NCBI GenBank assembly: GCA_965226055.1 | Contig: CBDDCA010000006.1 | Location: 480,001-544,000 of the forward strand | Length of the DNA: 64,000 nt | Direction of reading: 5' to 3' | DNA from: Spirochaetia bacterium | GTDB taxonomy: Bacteria; Spirochaetota; Spirochaetia; WTKD01; G963693115 | Shown: piece after piece, positions 54,720 through 64,000 of the stretch | Layout: every line of letters starts with the position of its first letter | How positions within the stretch are numbered: the first letter of the stretch is position 1 | The notes under the pieces: generated by a model | Told to the model about the DNA's origin: nothing | Databases searched by the model: none | Seen by the model: only the letters and a program-made list of their open reading frames with translations | Made by a program: the position numbers and the translations under genes

Positions 54720-57700
54720 CGAAATACTTCTACTTTTACTATATCTTTATGGTTTTGTAAAAAGGTCATCAATGATACATCATTTGCATTCACAGTAAAC
54801 CCAACAGGAAACGCTATTGTAGAGATAATGGCATCATTTTCTTGAATGTGTAACTTAACACTTGCGTTCCCAAAATGTTCTACCATCTTCCCTTTTATCT
54901 CTTGTAATACCTGTGAATCAATAGTACTTTTTACGGCAAACTCTAGCCGAGAATATTGACCATCATGCAATGGCGCAACAGATTCTTTATCTTCTTTTCT
55001 TTGCATAACTAAATCAGGAATACTCATGATCTTTTCTACCTTAAAATTGTACGCCCCTTTATACAGCGATAATTTTCCATAAAATCCATATGCAGTACGC
55101 TCAGGTATTACTATATCTTCTGTAATATCAGTAAAATAAGAAAATGGAATTGATCCCAGATAATCATGTAATACCCCTATATACACTTTTGTTTTTGGTT
55201 GTCTGGAAAATACATCATTATTTTCATTTTGTGTTCCCATATGTTCTTGAGAAAATTTTTTCTTATCATGATATTCAGCATTCTGTTCCTCAAGAGTAAT
55301 ACCATCTATAGTACCATTATGATTGTCTTGTTGCGATGAGTTTTGAGCATTCGATTTTCTTCTATTATTCTTGCGAGGAAGAATAATACGAGTATATACC
55401 GTATCAGTATATGCAATAAGATAATATGATTGCATTCTTTTATCCCACGAATGACTTTCCTTAAAAGAACTAAGATTTAAGGTAGAATTTTCAAGCCATT
55501 GAATTTTGTATTCATCCAATGGATTATAACGTAAATAAGTACTTGCATACTCCCGTTCTTTCTCAAGCACTTCCCGTTCACTCACAGGATCATTGATAAG
55601 CACACTCTGTACATCTTTGACTACATCATCCTGAATAAACAATAATAATTGCTGTGATTTTTTTGCATCAATTCTCTTTTTTGCTTCATCTAAAATATTG
55701 TCTGTATTTGCTATTAGCTGATCACGTCTATCATAAAATGTATCAAATACCCCCGTAAAAATCCCAGCGTCAATCAAGGTCTTTAACCCTGACTTATCGG
55801 GCAATCGTTCAAAAACATCAAAAAAAGAAGAGTATTTCCCATTCTTTTTTCGTTCTATAGGAATATGTTTTTTTACTTCATCACTGATACTACGTATTGC
55901 AGATAATCCAAACCGTATTTTTCCATCTTCAATAGTAAATCCATATTCACTTTTATTAATATCTGGCGGTAATATTTCTATCCCTAAACTTCTACATAAC
56001 TGAAATGTTTTTGACAGATTATCACCCTTATTATGATCTGCATCCAACAGATTTACCATATAATACAAAGGATAATGTCTTTTTAAGTACGCTGTTCGAT
56101 ACGCTAGCTCTGCATACGCAGCGGCATGCGATTTATTAAAACCATATTCAGAAAAAGGAATAAGCAACTCATAAATAGCACGAGCAAGATCTTTTGTATA
56201 GCCATTCTGTATTACTCCTTGTATAAACTCACTCTCCATTTCTTTCATGACTTTCCATTTCTTTTTTCCCATAGCACTGCGTAATACATCAGCTCTTCCA
56301 AGTGAAAAGTTAGCAAATTTTTGTGCAATATGCATTACTTGTTCCTGATATACAATAACTCCATATGTTTCCCGCAAAATAGGTTCCATATCAGGATGTA
56401 AATACTGTATTTTTTCCCTTCCATTTTTTACATTTGCATATTTTTCAATAAACTTAATGGGACCAGGACGATATAACGCATTCAATGCAATAAGCTCTTC
56501 AATACGATTAGGACAAACAGACCGTAAAGCCTGTTGCATCCCTTCACTTTCAAATTGAAATACAGCCTCACTTTTTCCTTCGCTTAACATTTCATATACT
56601 TCCCTATCATCAAAAGGAATTGATTCTAAAGAAAACTGAGGATCATCTTTTTGTATGAGCTTTTCAGTATTATCTACAACAGTGATATTTGTCAGCCCTA
56701 GTATATCCATTTTTACTAGCCCAACTTTCTCAAGATAATTCATAGAATACTGTGTTGCTACTCCATCAGTTTTATTATCCTTATACAAAGGAGTATATTG
56801 AATAAGTTTCTCTTTTCCTATTACTACTCCTGCAGCATGAATAGACGCATGACGCTTTACTCCTAACAGTGAATCTGTAATCTGAAACAACTGGGGATAC
56901 AACCCATAATACTCACGGAGCTTTGGTTCTGCAACTAAAAAATCTTCTACAGTTTTAGAACCTCTTTCAGCATCATCTGTATCATCTTTTCTCAGATCTT
57001 CATTAAACAATTTTGCAATAGTATCAACCTCTAATAAAGGAATTCCTAAAGATCGCCCTACATCACGAATTGCTCCCTTTGATTTTAATGATGAAAAAGT
57101 AACAATCTGTCCACAATTCTCTTCTCCATATTTATTTCGTATATAATTGATAACCTCCTGTCGTCTATTTACACAAAAATCTGTATCAATATCAGGCATA
57201 CTCACACGTTCAGGATTGAGAAACCGTTCAAAAAGCAAACCATATTTTATTGGATCTACATTTGTAATACCTAATACATATGCAACAATGGATCCTGCCA
57301 CAGAACCCCTTCCTGGCCCTACAGGAATATCCTTCTTTTTACAAAAATGAATAATATCTAAAATAATAAGAAAATATCCACTGAATCCCATATTGATAAT
57401 ACAATCAAGCTCATACATAATACGTTTATGTATAAACTCATTTTTTTGTTGATAACGCGTAGGTATTCCCTCCAACGTTAAATGACGTAAATAATCATCT
57501 TGATTCTTAAACTGAGAAGGAATCGTAAAATGGGGTAACTCTAGCTCAGTTTTTTCTGGAAGTATATACTTACATTGCTGTGCAATCTCAACAGTTCTAT
57601 CTAAAGCATCAGTATATTGTGTAAAATTACGCTCCATCTCTTCACGACTTTTAATATAAAACTGATCGTTCGGAAGAATAATTTTATTATTCTTCTCATT

Positions 57701-58354
57701 TTCTACATAGATACTATGTGCTTTTGCATCTTTTTGTTCAGTATAATAACATGCATTCCCTGCAACTATCAATAAAGATAACTGTGAAGCAATTTTCTGT
57801 ACTAACTCATTTATTTGACTCTCTAGCACAAGACCATGATTTTGTATTTCTAAAAATAATGAGTCGTCAAATATATCTTTATACATCCCTGCAATACGAA
57901 GTGCATTATCAATCTGACCACGCTCTAAAAAAGAACCCATCCTGTGCCCTTTTTGAGGAAGAATACATATCAATCCTTGTTTATTCTCTTCAAGTTCTTG
58001 AAAATTAATTCGAGGATAATAATAAAAATGTTCAACGTATCCTACAGTACTAAGCTGTTTAAGATTTTCAAATCCCTCACTATCTTTTGCAAAAACAAGC
58101 ACCTTCTCACTATCTCTTTGTGAAGTACTATTTTCTGTAAAGTTTATCTGCAACTCACATCCTATAATAGGACGAACATTCTTTTCTTTACACTTCTGTG
58201 TAAACTCAACAGCTGCAAAAAGATTTCCTTCATCAGTCAAAGCTATAGTATCTTGACCAATATGCTCTAATCTATTGAGCATCTTATCAATAGTAGAGAT
58301 ACTATGCCGTAAACTATAATCAGAATGATTATGAAGATGAACAAAATTACGCAT
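54716..58354 (-). CDS. dnaE: DNA polymerase III alpha subunit
   Basis: FVHLHNHSDYS PHP domain, GPGRGS, PDIDTDF, HAAG, KMDILGL, YGFNKSH. Confidence 0.96.
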   Translation of the reverse strand: MRNFVHLHNHSDYSLRHSISTIDKMLNRLEHIGQDTIALTDEGNLFAAVEFTQKCKEKNVRPIIGCELQINFTENSTSQRDSEKVLVFAKDSEGFENLKQLSTVGYVEHFYYYPRINFQELEENKQGLICILPQKGHRMGSFLERGQIDNALRIAGMYKDIFDDSLFLEIQNHGLVLESQINELVQKIASQLSLLIVAGNACYYTEQKDAKAHSIYVENEKNNKIILPNDQFYIKSREEMERNFTQYTDALDRTVEIAQQCKYILPEKTELELPHFTIPSQFKNQDDYLRHLTLEGIPTRYQQKNEFIHKRIMYELDCIINMGFSGYFLIILDIIHFCKKKDIPVGPGRGSVAGSIVAYVLGITNVDPIKYGLLFERFLNPERVSMPDIDTDFCVNRRQEVINYIRNKYGEENCGQIVTFSSLKSKGAIRDVGRSLGIPLLEVDTIAKLFNEDLRKDDTDDAERGSKTVEDFLVAEPKLREYYGLYPQLFQITDSLLGVKRHASIHAAGVVIGKEKLIQYTPLYKDNKTDGVATQYSMNYLEKVGLVKMDILGLTNITVVDNTEKLIQKDDPQFSLESIPFDDREVYEMLSEGKSEAVFQFESEGMQQALRSVCPNRIEELIALNALYRPGPIKFIEKYANVKNGREKIQYLHPDMEPILRETYGVIVYQEQVMHIAQKFANFSLGRADVLRSAMGKKKWKVMKEMESEFIQGVIQNGYTKDLARAIYELLIPFSEYGFNKSHAAAYAELAYRTAYLKRHYPLYYMVNLLDADHNKGDNLSKTFQLCRSLGIEILPPDINKSEYGFTIEDGKIRFGLSAIRSISDEVKKHIPIERKKNGKYSSFFDVFERLPDKSGLKTLIDAGIFTGVFDTFYDRRDQLIANTDNILDEAKKRIDAKKSQQLLLFIQDDVVKDVQSVLINDPVSEREVLEKEREYASTYLRYNPLDEYKIQWLENSTLNLSSFKESHSWDKRMQSYYLIAYTDTVYTRIILPRKNNRRKSNAQNSSQQDNHNGTIDGITLEEQNAEYHDKKKFSQEHMGTQNENNDVFSRQPKTKVYIGVLHDYLGSIPFSYFTDITEDIVIPERTAYGFYGKLSLYKGAYNFKVEKIMSIPDLVMQRKEDKESVAPLHDGQYSRLEFAVKSTIDSQVLQEIKGKMVEHFGNASVKLHIQENDAIISTIAFPVGFTVNANDVSLMTFLQNHKDIVKVEVFR

Positions 58355-58368
58355 GTATGTTATAGTAA

Positions 58369-59694
58369 TTATCCTTCAATTTCTTCAATAATAGGATAGC
58401 TTGCAAAACTTCCTTGTACTACTACAAGCTGAAGTAGCTCTTTCTTTGCTTTTTCTATATTACTCCACTGTGTACGATGAGTGATAATGATGAGCGTTGC
58501 AAGTCCTGCTCTATCTACATATTCACTATGAGGAAAATCTTCTTGTAATACCCTTGCAATACTTATATCATTTTTTGCCAATATAGTAGCAACCTTTGAT
58601 AAAATCCCAATCTCATCTTTTATAAACAGCCTAATATAAATGGGACAAACAAAAGCATTCATATCGCTTTGTAATGAAGCTGAGTTTTTATCAGGCCATA
58701 AAGTATTACTATTAAAAATTATTTTACTCGTTCCGTTAGCAATACTCACCAAATCAGCAATAACTGCACTTGCAGTAGCATCACCACCAGCTCCTTTTCC
58801 TACATACATAGTATGACCTACTTTATTTCCTAATACACTAATAGCATTAAACGATCCTTCAATAGAAGACATAGGATGCGTATCTGGAAGAAAGGCTGGA
58901 TGCACCCAAATACTGATACTATCATGTAAGTCTATCCCTGCAGCAATTAACTTTGTAGTGTAGCCCAACTTTTTAGCAAATTGAATATCACTATTTTTTA
59001 TATCCGATATTCCTCTCTTAAAAAGCGATACAAAATCTACCTTAACATTATATACAAGTCCACTTATAATTGCAATCTTATGAGCTGCATCTATTCCTTC
59101 TGTATCTAAACTAGGATCCGCCTCAACATACCCATGTATTTTTGCGTCTTCAAGTGCTTCCGAAAAACTTTTATGTTTTTTATCCATTTCAGATAAAATG
59201 TAGTTACAACTTCCGTTTAACACTCCATATACTGCAGTTATCTTGTTAGCAATAAGCCCATCAGTTATTGCTCTAATAATAGGAATTCCACCGCCACAAC
59301 TTGCCTCAAAAGCAATACAGACATTATTTTTTCGAGCAATATCCCACAGCTCTCTCCCATGTTCAGCCAATACGGCCTTATTTGCTGTAACAACATCTTT
59401 TCCTGCTTTCAAGGCCTCAATAATATATTGTTTTGCAACATCAGTACCGCCCATAAGCTCAACAATACAGTTTATTTTTTCATCTCTTATAATACTTTGC
59501 CATGAATCAGCAATCAAAGAATCATGAATAGCACTATTTTCCTTTATCTTATGCGGGCTTCGAGTAAAAATTTTTTCCAACACTACCTCACATTGTGTCC
59601 GACCTATAAGAGTCTCTTGTTCTTGTGTAAGATAAAGCGCCAATCTTTCTCCAACAGAACCAAATCCAACTAAACCAATATGTAACTTACGCAT
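58369..59694 (-). CDS. hom: Homoserine dehydrogenase with C-terminal ACT domain
   Basis: GFGSVG, VVTANK, FEASCGGGIP, GYVEADP, GAGG.ATASAV. Confidence 0.93.
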   Translation of the reverse strand: MRKLHIGLVGFGSVGERLALYLTQEQETLIGRTQCEVVLEKIFTRSPHKIKENSAIHDSLIADSWQSIIRDEKINCIVELMGGTDVAKQYIIEALKAGKDVVTANKAVLAEHGRELWDIARKNNVCIAFEASCGGGIPIIRAITDGLIANKITAVYGVLNGSCNYILSEMDKKHKSFSEALEDAKIHGYVEADPSLDTEGIDAAHKIAIISGLVYNVKVDFVSLFKRGISDIKNSDIQFAKKLGYTTKLIAAGIDLHDSISIWVHPAFLPDTHPMSSIEGSFNAISVLGNKVGHTMYVGKGAGGDATASAVIADLVSIANGTSKIIFNSNTLWPDKNSASLQSDMNAFVCPIYIRLFIKDEIGILSKVATILAKNDISIARVLQEDFPHSEYVDRAGLATLIIITHRTQWSNIEKAKKELLQLVVVQGSFASYPIIEEIEG

Positions 59695-59718
59695 ACTAAT
59701 TATATTATAATGGAGTTA

Positions 59719-60645
59719 ATGAGTACTGTACACACTAACATATTCAAAGTACTGAGTGAACCACGACGAAGACGTATACTATCTGTATTAGAAGGAAACG
59801 AATTTTCAGTACAAGAACTACAACGTATTCTCAATTTAGGACAATCAATTATATCTGCCCATCTCGCACACCTCAAACATAACAATCTCGTACATACACG
59901 TCGAAACGGAAAATATATTCTGTACCGACTAAACTCAAAGGAAAGTTTCTATGCCAATATATTACAAGTTACGCTTTCTATTACAAAAAATGAAGAGTGG
60001 TATCAACGAGATATACAACAAGCACAAAAGATTTTACAAATTAAAAAGGAAGCCTCCCTATCTTTTTACGAAGGCTTAGAATCTCAAAACAAACGTTCTC
60101 CAGGACAAACCGATCATTCACTTGCCATTGCCTTTATGCGCAGTATACACAATAAACGTATTGTTGATATTGGGTGCGGAAGTGGAAAACTTGCAAAAGA
60201 ATTTTCTTTACGTAACACAGTACTAGGAATAGACATAAACGATAAACAAATAAAAATGGCAAAAAAACTGTACAGTACAGAAATACACAATAAACACCTT
60301 GATTTCAAGACTGGATCAGCAGAAAAACTAGAGCTCCCAGACAACAGTCAGGATATCATTATTTTTTCTCATTCTTTGCATCATATCGAAAAACCAAGCA
60401 TTGCTTTAAATGAATGTTATAGAGTATTATCTAGTAAAGGACTTCTACTCATCTTAGATCTTCATAAACATAATGAAATATGGCTAAAAGATAGTCTAGG
60501 AGATATACACCTTGGGTTTAACCGTGACACTATTGAACGATGGTTACATGAGGCATATTTTACCCATATTTCAATAGACATCGATGTAAGTGATGTTGAA
60601 TATCCCGATTTTGAAACTTTAATCATATGTGCAGAAAAGGAGTAA
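59719..60645 (+). CDS. ArsR HTH fused to a SAM-methyltransferase domain (SahR-like methionine/SAM regulator)
   Basis: FKVLSEPRRRRIL...SAHLAHLK HTH, DIGCGSG, SLHH, LGDIHLGF. Upstream of metE. The start may be 59710 or 59719. Confidence 0.8.
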   Translation: MSTVHTNIFKVLSEPRRRRILSVLEGNEFSVQELQRILNLGQSIISAHLAHLKHNNLVHTRRNGKYILYRLNSKESFYANILQVTLSITKNEEWYQRDIQQAQKILQIKKEASLSFYEGLESQNKRSPGQTDHSLAIAFMRSIHNKRIVDIGCGSGKLAKEFSLRNTVLGIDINDKQIKMAKKLYSTEIHNKHLDFKTGSAEKLELPDNSQDIIIFSHSLHHIEKPSIALNECYRVLSSKGLLLILDLHKHNEIWLKDSLGDIHLGFNRDTIERWLHEAYFTHISIDIDVSDVEYPDFETLIICAEKE

Positions 60646-60646
60646 T

Positions 60647-62980
60647 ATGAGCAACAAACAAACTACTATCAAAGGAACAATACTTGGTTTTCCTCGTATG
60701 GGAAAACAAAGAGAACTAAAAAAAATACTTGAATCCTATTGGAAAGGTGAGATACATGCAGATGAAATGATAGCACAAAGCACTGCTTTGCGAAAACAGC
60801 ATTTACAGTTATTGGTAAATTTGGGATTAGACGAAATACCAATAAACGATTTCTCACTCTATGATCATGTACTTGACACTGCTATCGGCTTTGGAGTTAT
60901 CCCTAAACGATATACTACACTCTCAAAAGATTTCTTACGCATGTATTTTGCAATGGCACGAGGAGAAAAAGGAGCTAATCATAATATTACTGCAATGGAA
61001 ATGAGTAAATGGTTTGACACTAACTACCACTATATTATTCCAGAGTTTGAAAAAAATACTGTATTTAATGCAGATACAATAATAGAAAAACTACGGCATA
61101 CCATAGAAGAAGCAAAATCAGTCATCGGAAACGCATCCACTACCATTCGTCCTGTATTACTTGGTCCTATAAGTTTCTTATTGTTAGGCAAGATGGTAGA
61201 AACAGACCATACTGTTCAAAAAAATGAAGCACTTACATTACTCCCTTCTTTGTTAGAATCTTATACAGCAGTACTACAATCACTAGAATCATTACAAGTA
61301 CAAACAATACAGCTTGATGAACCATTTCTTGTATTCAACATAGACAAAGAAGTACAAGATGCATATATACAAGCGTACACATACTTTCAACAATCTGGGT
61401 GTAAGACAAAAATATTTTTAGCAAGCTATTTTGATGATATTACCAGCAATATAGATCTTATATCACAGCTTCCAGTAGATACTGTACATGTTGATCTTGT
61501 AAGAGGAAATACTGACTCGTTACTACCGCTTGCAAAAACACACACATCACTGTCTCTCGGAATTATAGATGGCAGAAACATATGGAAAGCAGATATGAAT
61601 ACACTCTATGAGACTGTATCTCAATTTCTTGCACAACAAGAATCTCAGCAATTACATAATTGCTATATCAGTTCTTCCTGCTCTTTACTACACAGCCCCT
61701 TTGATCTCTCTACTGAAAATACACTTGATACAGAAATAAAGACATGGCTCTCCTTTGCTATACAAAAAGTGCAAGAAATTACTACTCTCAAAACTGCATT
61801 TACTACAAACAAAGAAGCTGTCCTATCTCAGTTTACCGACAATCAAAAAGCAATACAAAGTAGACAACAGAGTACTAAAGTACACAATGAAGCAGTCAAA
61901 AACCGAATAGCAACAATATCAGATGCAATGATACATCGTAACAAAGCATATGCTCAAAGAAGTAGCATTCAAAAACAAGCATTACAGCTTCCACTGTTTC
62001 CTACTACCACTATCGGAAGCTATCCACAAACAAAAGAAATACGGAGTACTCGTGCTGCATACAAAAAAGGAAACATTTCTTACCAAGAATATCAAACATT
62101 CATGAAAAATGAAATACAGAAAGTCGTTGCATTTCAAGAAGAAGTAGGATTAGATGTACTCGTGCATGGCGAACCAGAAAGAAATGATATGGTAGAGTAT
62201 TTTGGTGAAAATTTTGATGGATTTGTTTCTACCTCTCACGGATGGGTACAAAGCTATGGAAGTCGTTGTGTAAAACCTCCTATTATCTACGGGGATCTCA
62301 CTCGAAAAAATGCTATTACTGTTGACTGGATTAGTTATGCACAATCACTTACAAAAAAACCAATGAAAGGCATGCTAACAGGACCGGTAACTATACTACA
62401 ATGGTCTTTCGTGCGTGATGATCAACCACGTTACACCACTGCATATCAAATAGCCTTTCTCATTCGCGACGAAATAAAAGATTTAGAAGATGCAGATATT
62501 AAAATAATACAAGTTGATGAACCTGCGCTTCGTGAAGGACTGCCTCTTCAGACAAGCAAACACAAAGAATATCTTGATTGGGCAGTAAAAAGTTTTAGGG
62601 TAGCTACCTGCGGAGCAAAAGATGAAACGCAAATACATACCCATATGTGCTATTCTGAGTTTAATGAAATTATTGACTCTATAGCTCAACTAGATGCAGA
62701 TGTTATCTCTATAGAAGCATCTCGTAGCAAAATGGAATTACTTGAAGCATTTAAGACATATCAATATCCAAACGAAATTGGTCCAGGAGTATATGACATA
62801 CATTCTCCTCGTATTCCGTCCGTGCAAGAAATGGTAGATTTACTACAACTTGCATTACAATGTATTCCTAAAGAACATATATGGGTAAATCCTGATTGCG
62901 GACTAAAAACACGTAACTGGGCTGAAGTAAAAGAAACGCTTGCAAACATGGTACAAGCAGCAAAACAATTTCGTTCTTAA
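60647..62980 (+). CDS. metE: Cobalamin-independent methionine synthase
   Basis: LGFPRMG, KWFDTNYHY, PTTTIGSYPQT, HTHMCY, WVNPDCGLKTR. Start re-called at MSNKQ (AAGGAG SD). Confidence 0.97.
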   Translation: MSNKQTTIKGTILGFPRMGKQRELKKILESYWKGEIHADEMIAQSTALRKQHLQLLVNLGLDEIPINDFSLYDHVLDTAIGFGVIPKRYTTLSKDFLRMYFAMARGEKGANHNITAMEMSKWFDTNYHYIIPEFEKNTVFNADTIIEKLRHTIEEAKSVIGNASTTIRPVLLGPISFLLLGKMVETDHTVQKNEALTLLPSLLESYTAVLQSLESLQVQTIQLDEPFLVFNIDKEVQDAYIQAYTYFQQSGCKTKIFLASYFDDITSNIDLISQLPVDTVHVDLVRGNTDSLLPLAKTHTSLSLGIIDGRNIWKADMNTLYETVSQFLAQQESQQLHNCYISSSCSLLHSPFDLSTENTLDTEIKTWLSFAIQKVQEITTLKTAFTTNKEAVLSQFTDNQKAIQSRQQSTKVHNEAVKNRIATISDAMIHRNKAYAQRSSIQKQALQLPLFPTTTIGSYPQTKEIRSTRAAYKKGNISYQEYQTFMKNEIQKVVAFQEEVGLDVLVHGEPERNDMVEYFGENFDGFVSTSHGWVQSYGSRCVKPPIIYGDLTRKNAITVDWISYAQSLTKKPMKGMLTGPVTILQWSFVRDDQPRYTTAYQIAFLIRDEIKDLEDADIKIIQVDEPALREGLPLQTSKHKEYLDWAVKSFRVATCGAKDETQIHTHMCYSEFNEIIDSIAQLDADVISIEASRSKMELLEAFKTYQYPNEIGPGVYDIHSPRIPSVQEMVDLLQLALQCIPKEHIWVNPDCGLKTRNWAEVKETLANMVQAAKQFRS

Positions 62981-63007
62981 ACTTGCGATACAATCATCAC
63001 TATATAC

Positions 63008-63038
63008 AGCCTGTATAGTAGCTATTACTATACAGGCT
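63008..63038. terminator. Hairpin between the convergent metE and dehydrogenase genes
   Basis: agcctgtatagta-gctat-tactatacaggct. Confidence 0.75.
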
Positions 63039-63056
63039 TATTGTAGCCACACACTA

Positions 63057-64000
63057 TTACTTAAATGTATCAAAAATAACCTTAATGGAATTTTGTGATG
63101 GATCCTGTGTTGTATCAAACGCTTTTTTCCAATCATCTAGTGCAAACCTATGGGTGACCACCCCTTTTGTTGGTAAGTCCCCTGAACGTATCCATTCAAT
63201 AACTGGCTCATAACAAAAAGGACTCAGGTGTACCCCATAGAGATTTAATTCTTTTCTATCACTGATAATACTCCAATCAACTGTTGTCGCATCCTTAAAT
63301 ACACTAAACTCAACAAAAGTTCCCATTTTCCTTATAGCATGTAAGCCTTGTACGACACTATCTGGATGCCCTGTTGCTTCTATATAGACATCACAGCCAT
63401 ATCCTCCTGTCATGTCTGTAATTGTTTTTACTACATCATCCTTTTTAGGGTTTAATACAATATCTGCACCAAACTCTTTTGCCATTGCTAATCTATCATC
63501 ACGCAAATCAATAACAACAAATTTTTTAGGATTTTTAAGTTTTATGCATCCTACCATCCCCAAACCAAGCGGGCCAGCACCAGAAAGCACTACAACATCT
63601 TCATTTGTCATAAGCGATCTATCAACACAATGTTTAGAACACGCATACGGTTCTATTAAGATAGCATCCTCTATTGGAATATCATCTGGCACATGAAACA
63701 CAATAGCTTCTTTTGTAAATTTCATGTATTCTGCCATTCCACCATTTACGTTATTTTGAAAGCCATATAAATCATGCTTCTGACACATCCAATGTCTCCC
63801 TGTTCGACAAAACATACATTCCCAACATGGCACTATTTGCTCAGAAATAACCCTATCACCAATCTTAAAATCTCCTTTTACGCCTTCCCCTAACTCAACT
63901 ATATGTCCGACAAACTCATGTCCTGGAATAACAGGCTCTTTCATATACTTTGGCTGTCCTCCAGTACCCCAAAAGCTAGGAGCTCCTTTATATGCCTTGA
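63057..64000 (-). CDS. Zn-dependent polyol dehydrogenase (erythritol/L-threitol dehydrogenase-like); 5' end lies outside the window
   Basis: PGHEFVG, EQIVPCWECMFC...C structural Zn motif, GAGPLG. Confidence 0.8.
   Translation of the reverse strand, partial: KAYKGAPSFWGTGGQPKYMKEPVIPGHEFVGHIVELGEGVKGDFKIGDRVISEQIVPCWECMFCRTGRHWMCQKHDLYGFQNNVNGGMAEYMKFTKEAIVFHVPDDIPIEDAILIEPYACSKHCVDRSLMTNEDVVVLSGAGPLGLGMVGCIKLKNPKKFVVIDLRDDRLAMAKEFGADIVLNPKKDDVVKTITDMTGGYGCDVYIEATGHPDSVVQGLHAIRKMGTFVEFSVFKDATTVDWSIISDRKELNLYGVHLSPFCYEPVIEWIRSGDLPTKGVVTHRFALDDWKKAFDTTQDPSQNSIKVIFDTFK

Noticed and set aside
54716-58354. Intein in DnaE
   Set aside because: The length is normal and there are no intein N-terminal C/S block, C-terminal HN or LAGLIDADG motifs.
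719-63696. Numerous short antisense or overlapping ORFs in the six-frame track (e.g. 21775-22446, 27955-28458, 43101-46976)
   Set aside because: They are shadows of long, well-supported genes, with no recognisable motifs or translation signals.

Overview
AT-rich chromosomal window, most likely from a host-associated spirochaete (rpoZ-miaA synteny, an MnmG starting [14 protein letters not shown], spirochaete-type ParC/ParE, many lipoproteins). Housekeeping content: fbaA, an ABC-F ATPase, a sulfate ABC operon, yajC-secD-secF, mnmG, lplA, deoD, parE-parC, rlmD, trmH, recQ, rsmD, recG, dnaE, hom and an ArsR-methyltransferase regulator with metE. Accessory content: two giant surface lipoproteins with DUF285 (BspA-like) repeats, an orphan type III Mod methyltransferase preceded by a 5 x 41-bp hairpin array, a BsaWI-like type II R-M cassette, and one intact IS30-family element plus four decayed copies or ends. 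The most striking pattern is that four of the five IS30 sites end 17-18 bp upstream of a sigma70 -35 hexamer of a housekeeping gene (rpoZ, yajC, mnmG, parE). This suggests promoter-targeted transposition, which I know of for ISLre2/TnGBS elements but not for IS30. No rRNA, tRNA or CRISPR array was seen. All family assignments come from motifs recognised by eye; no searches were run.
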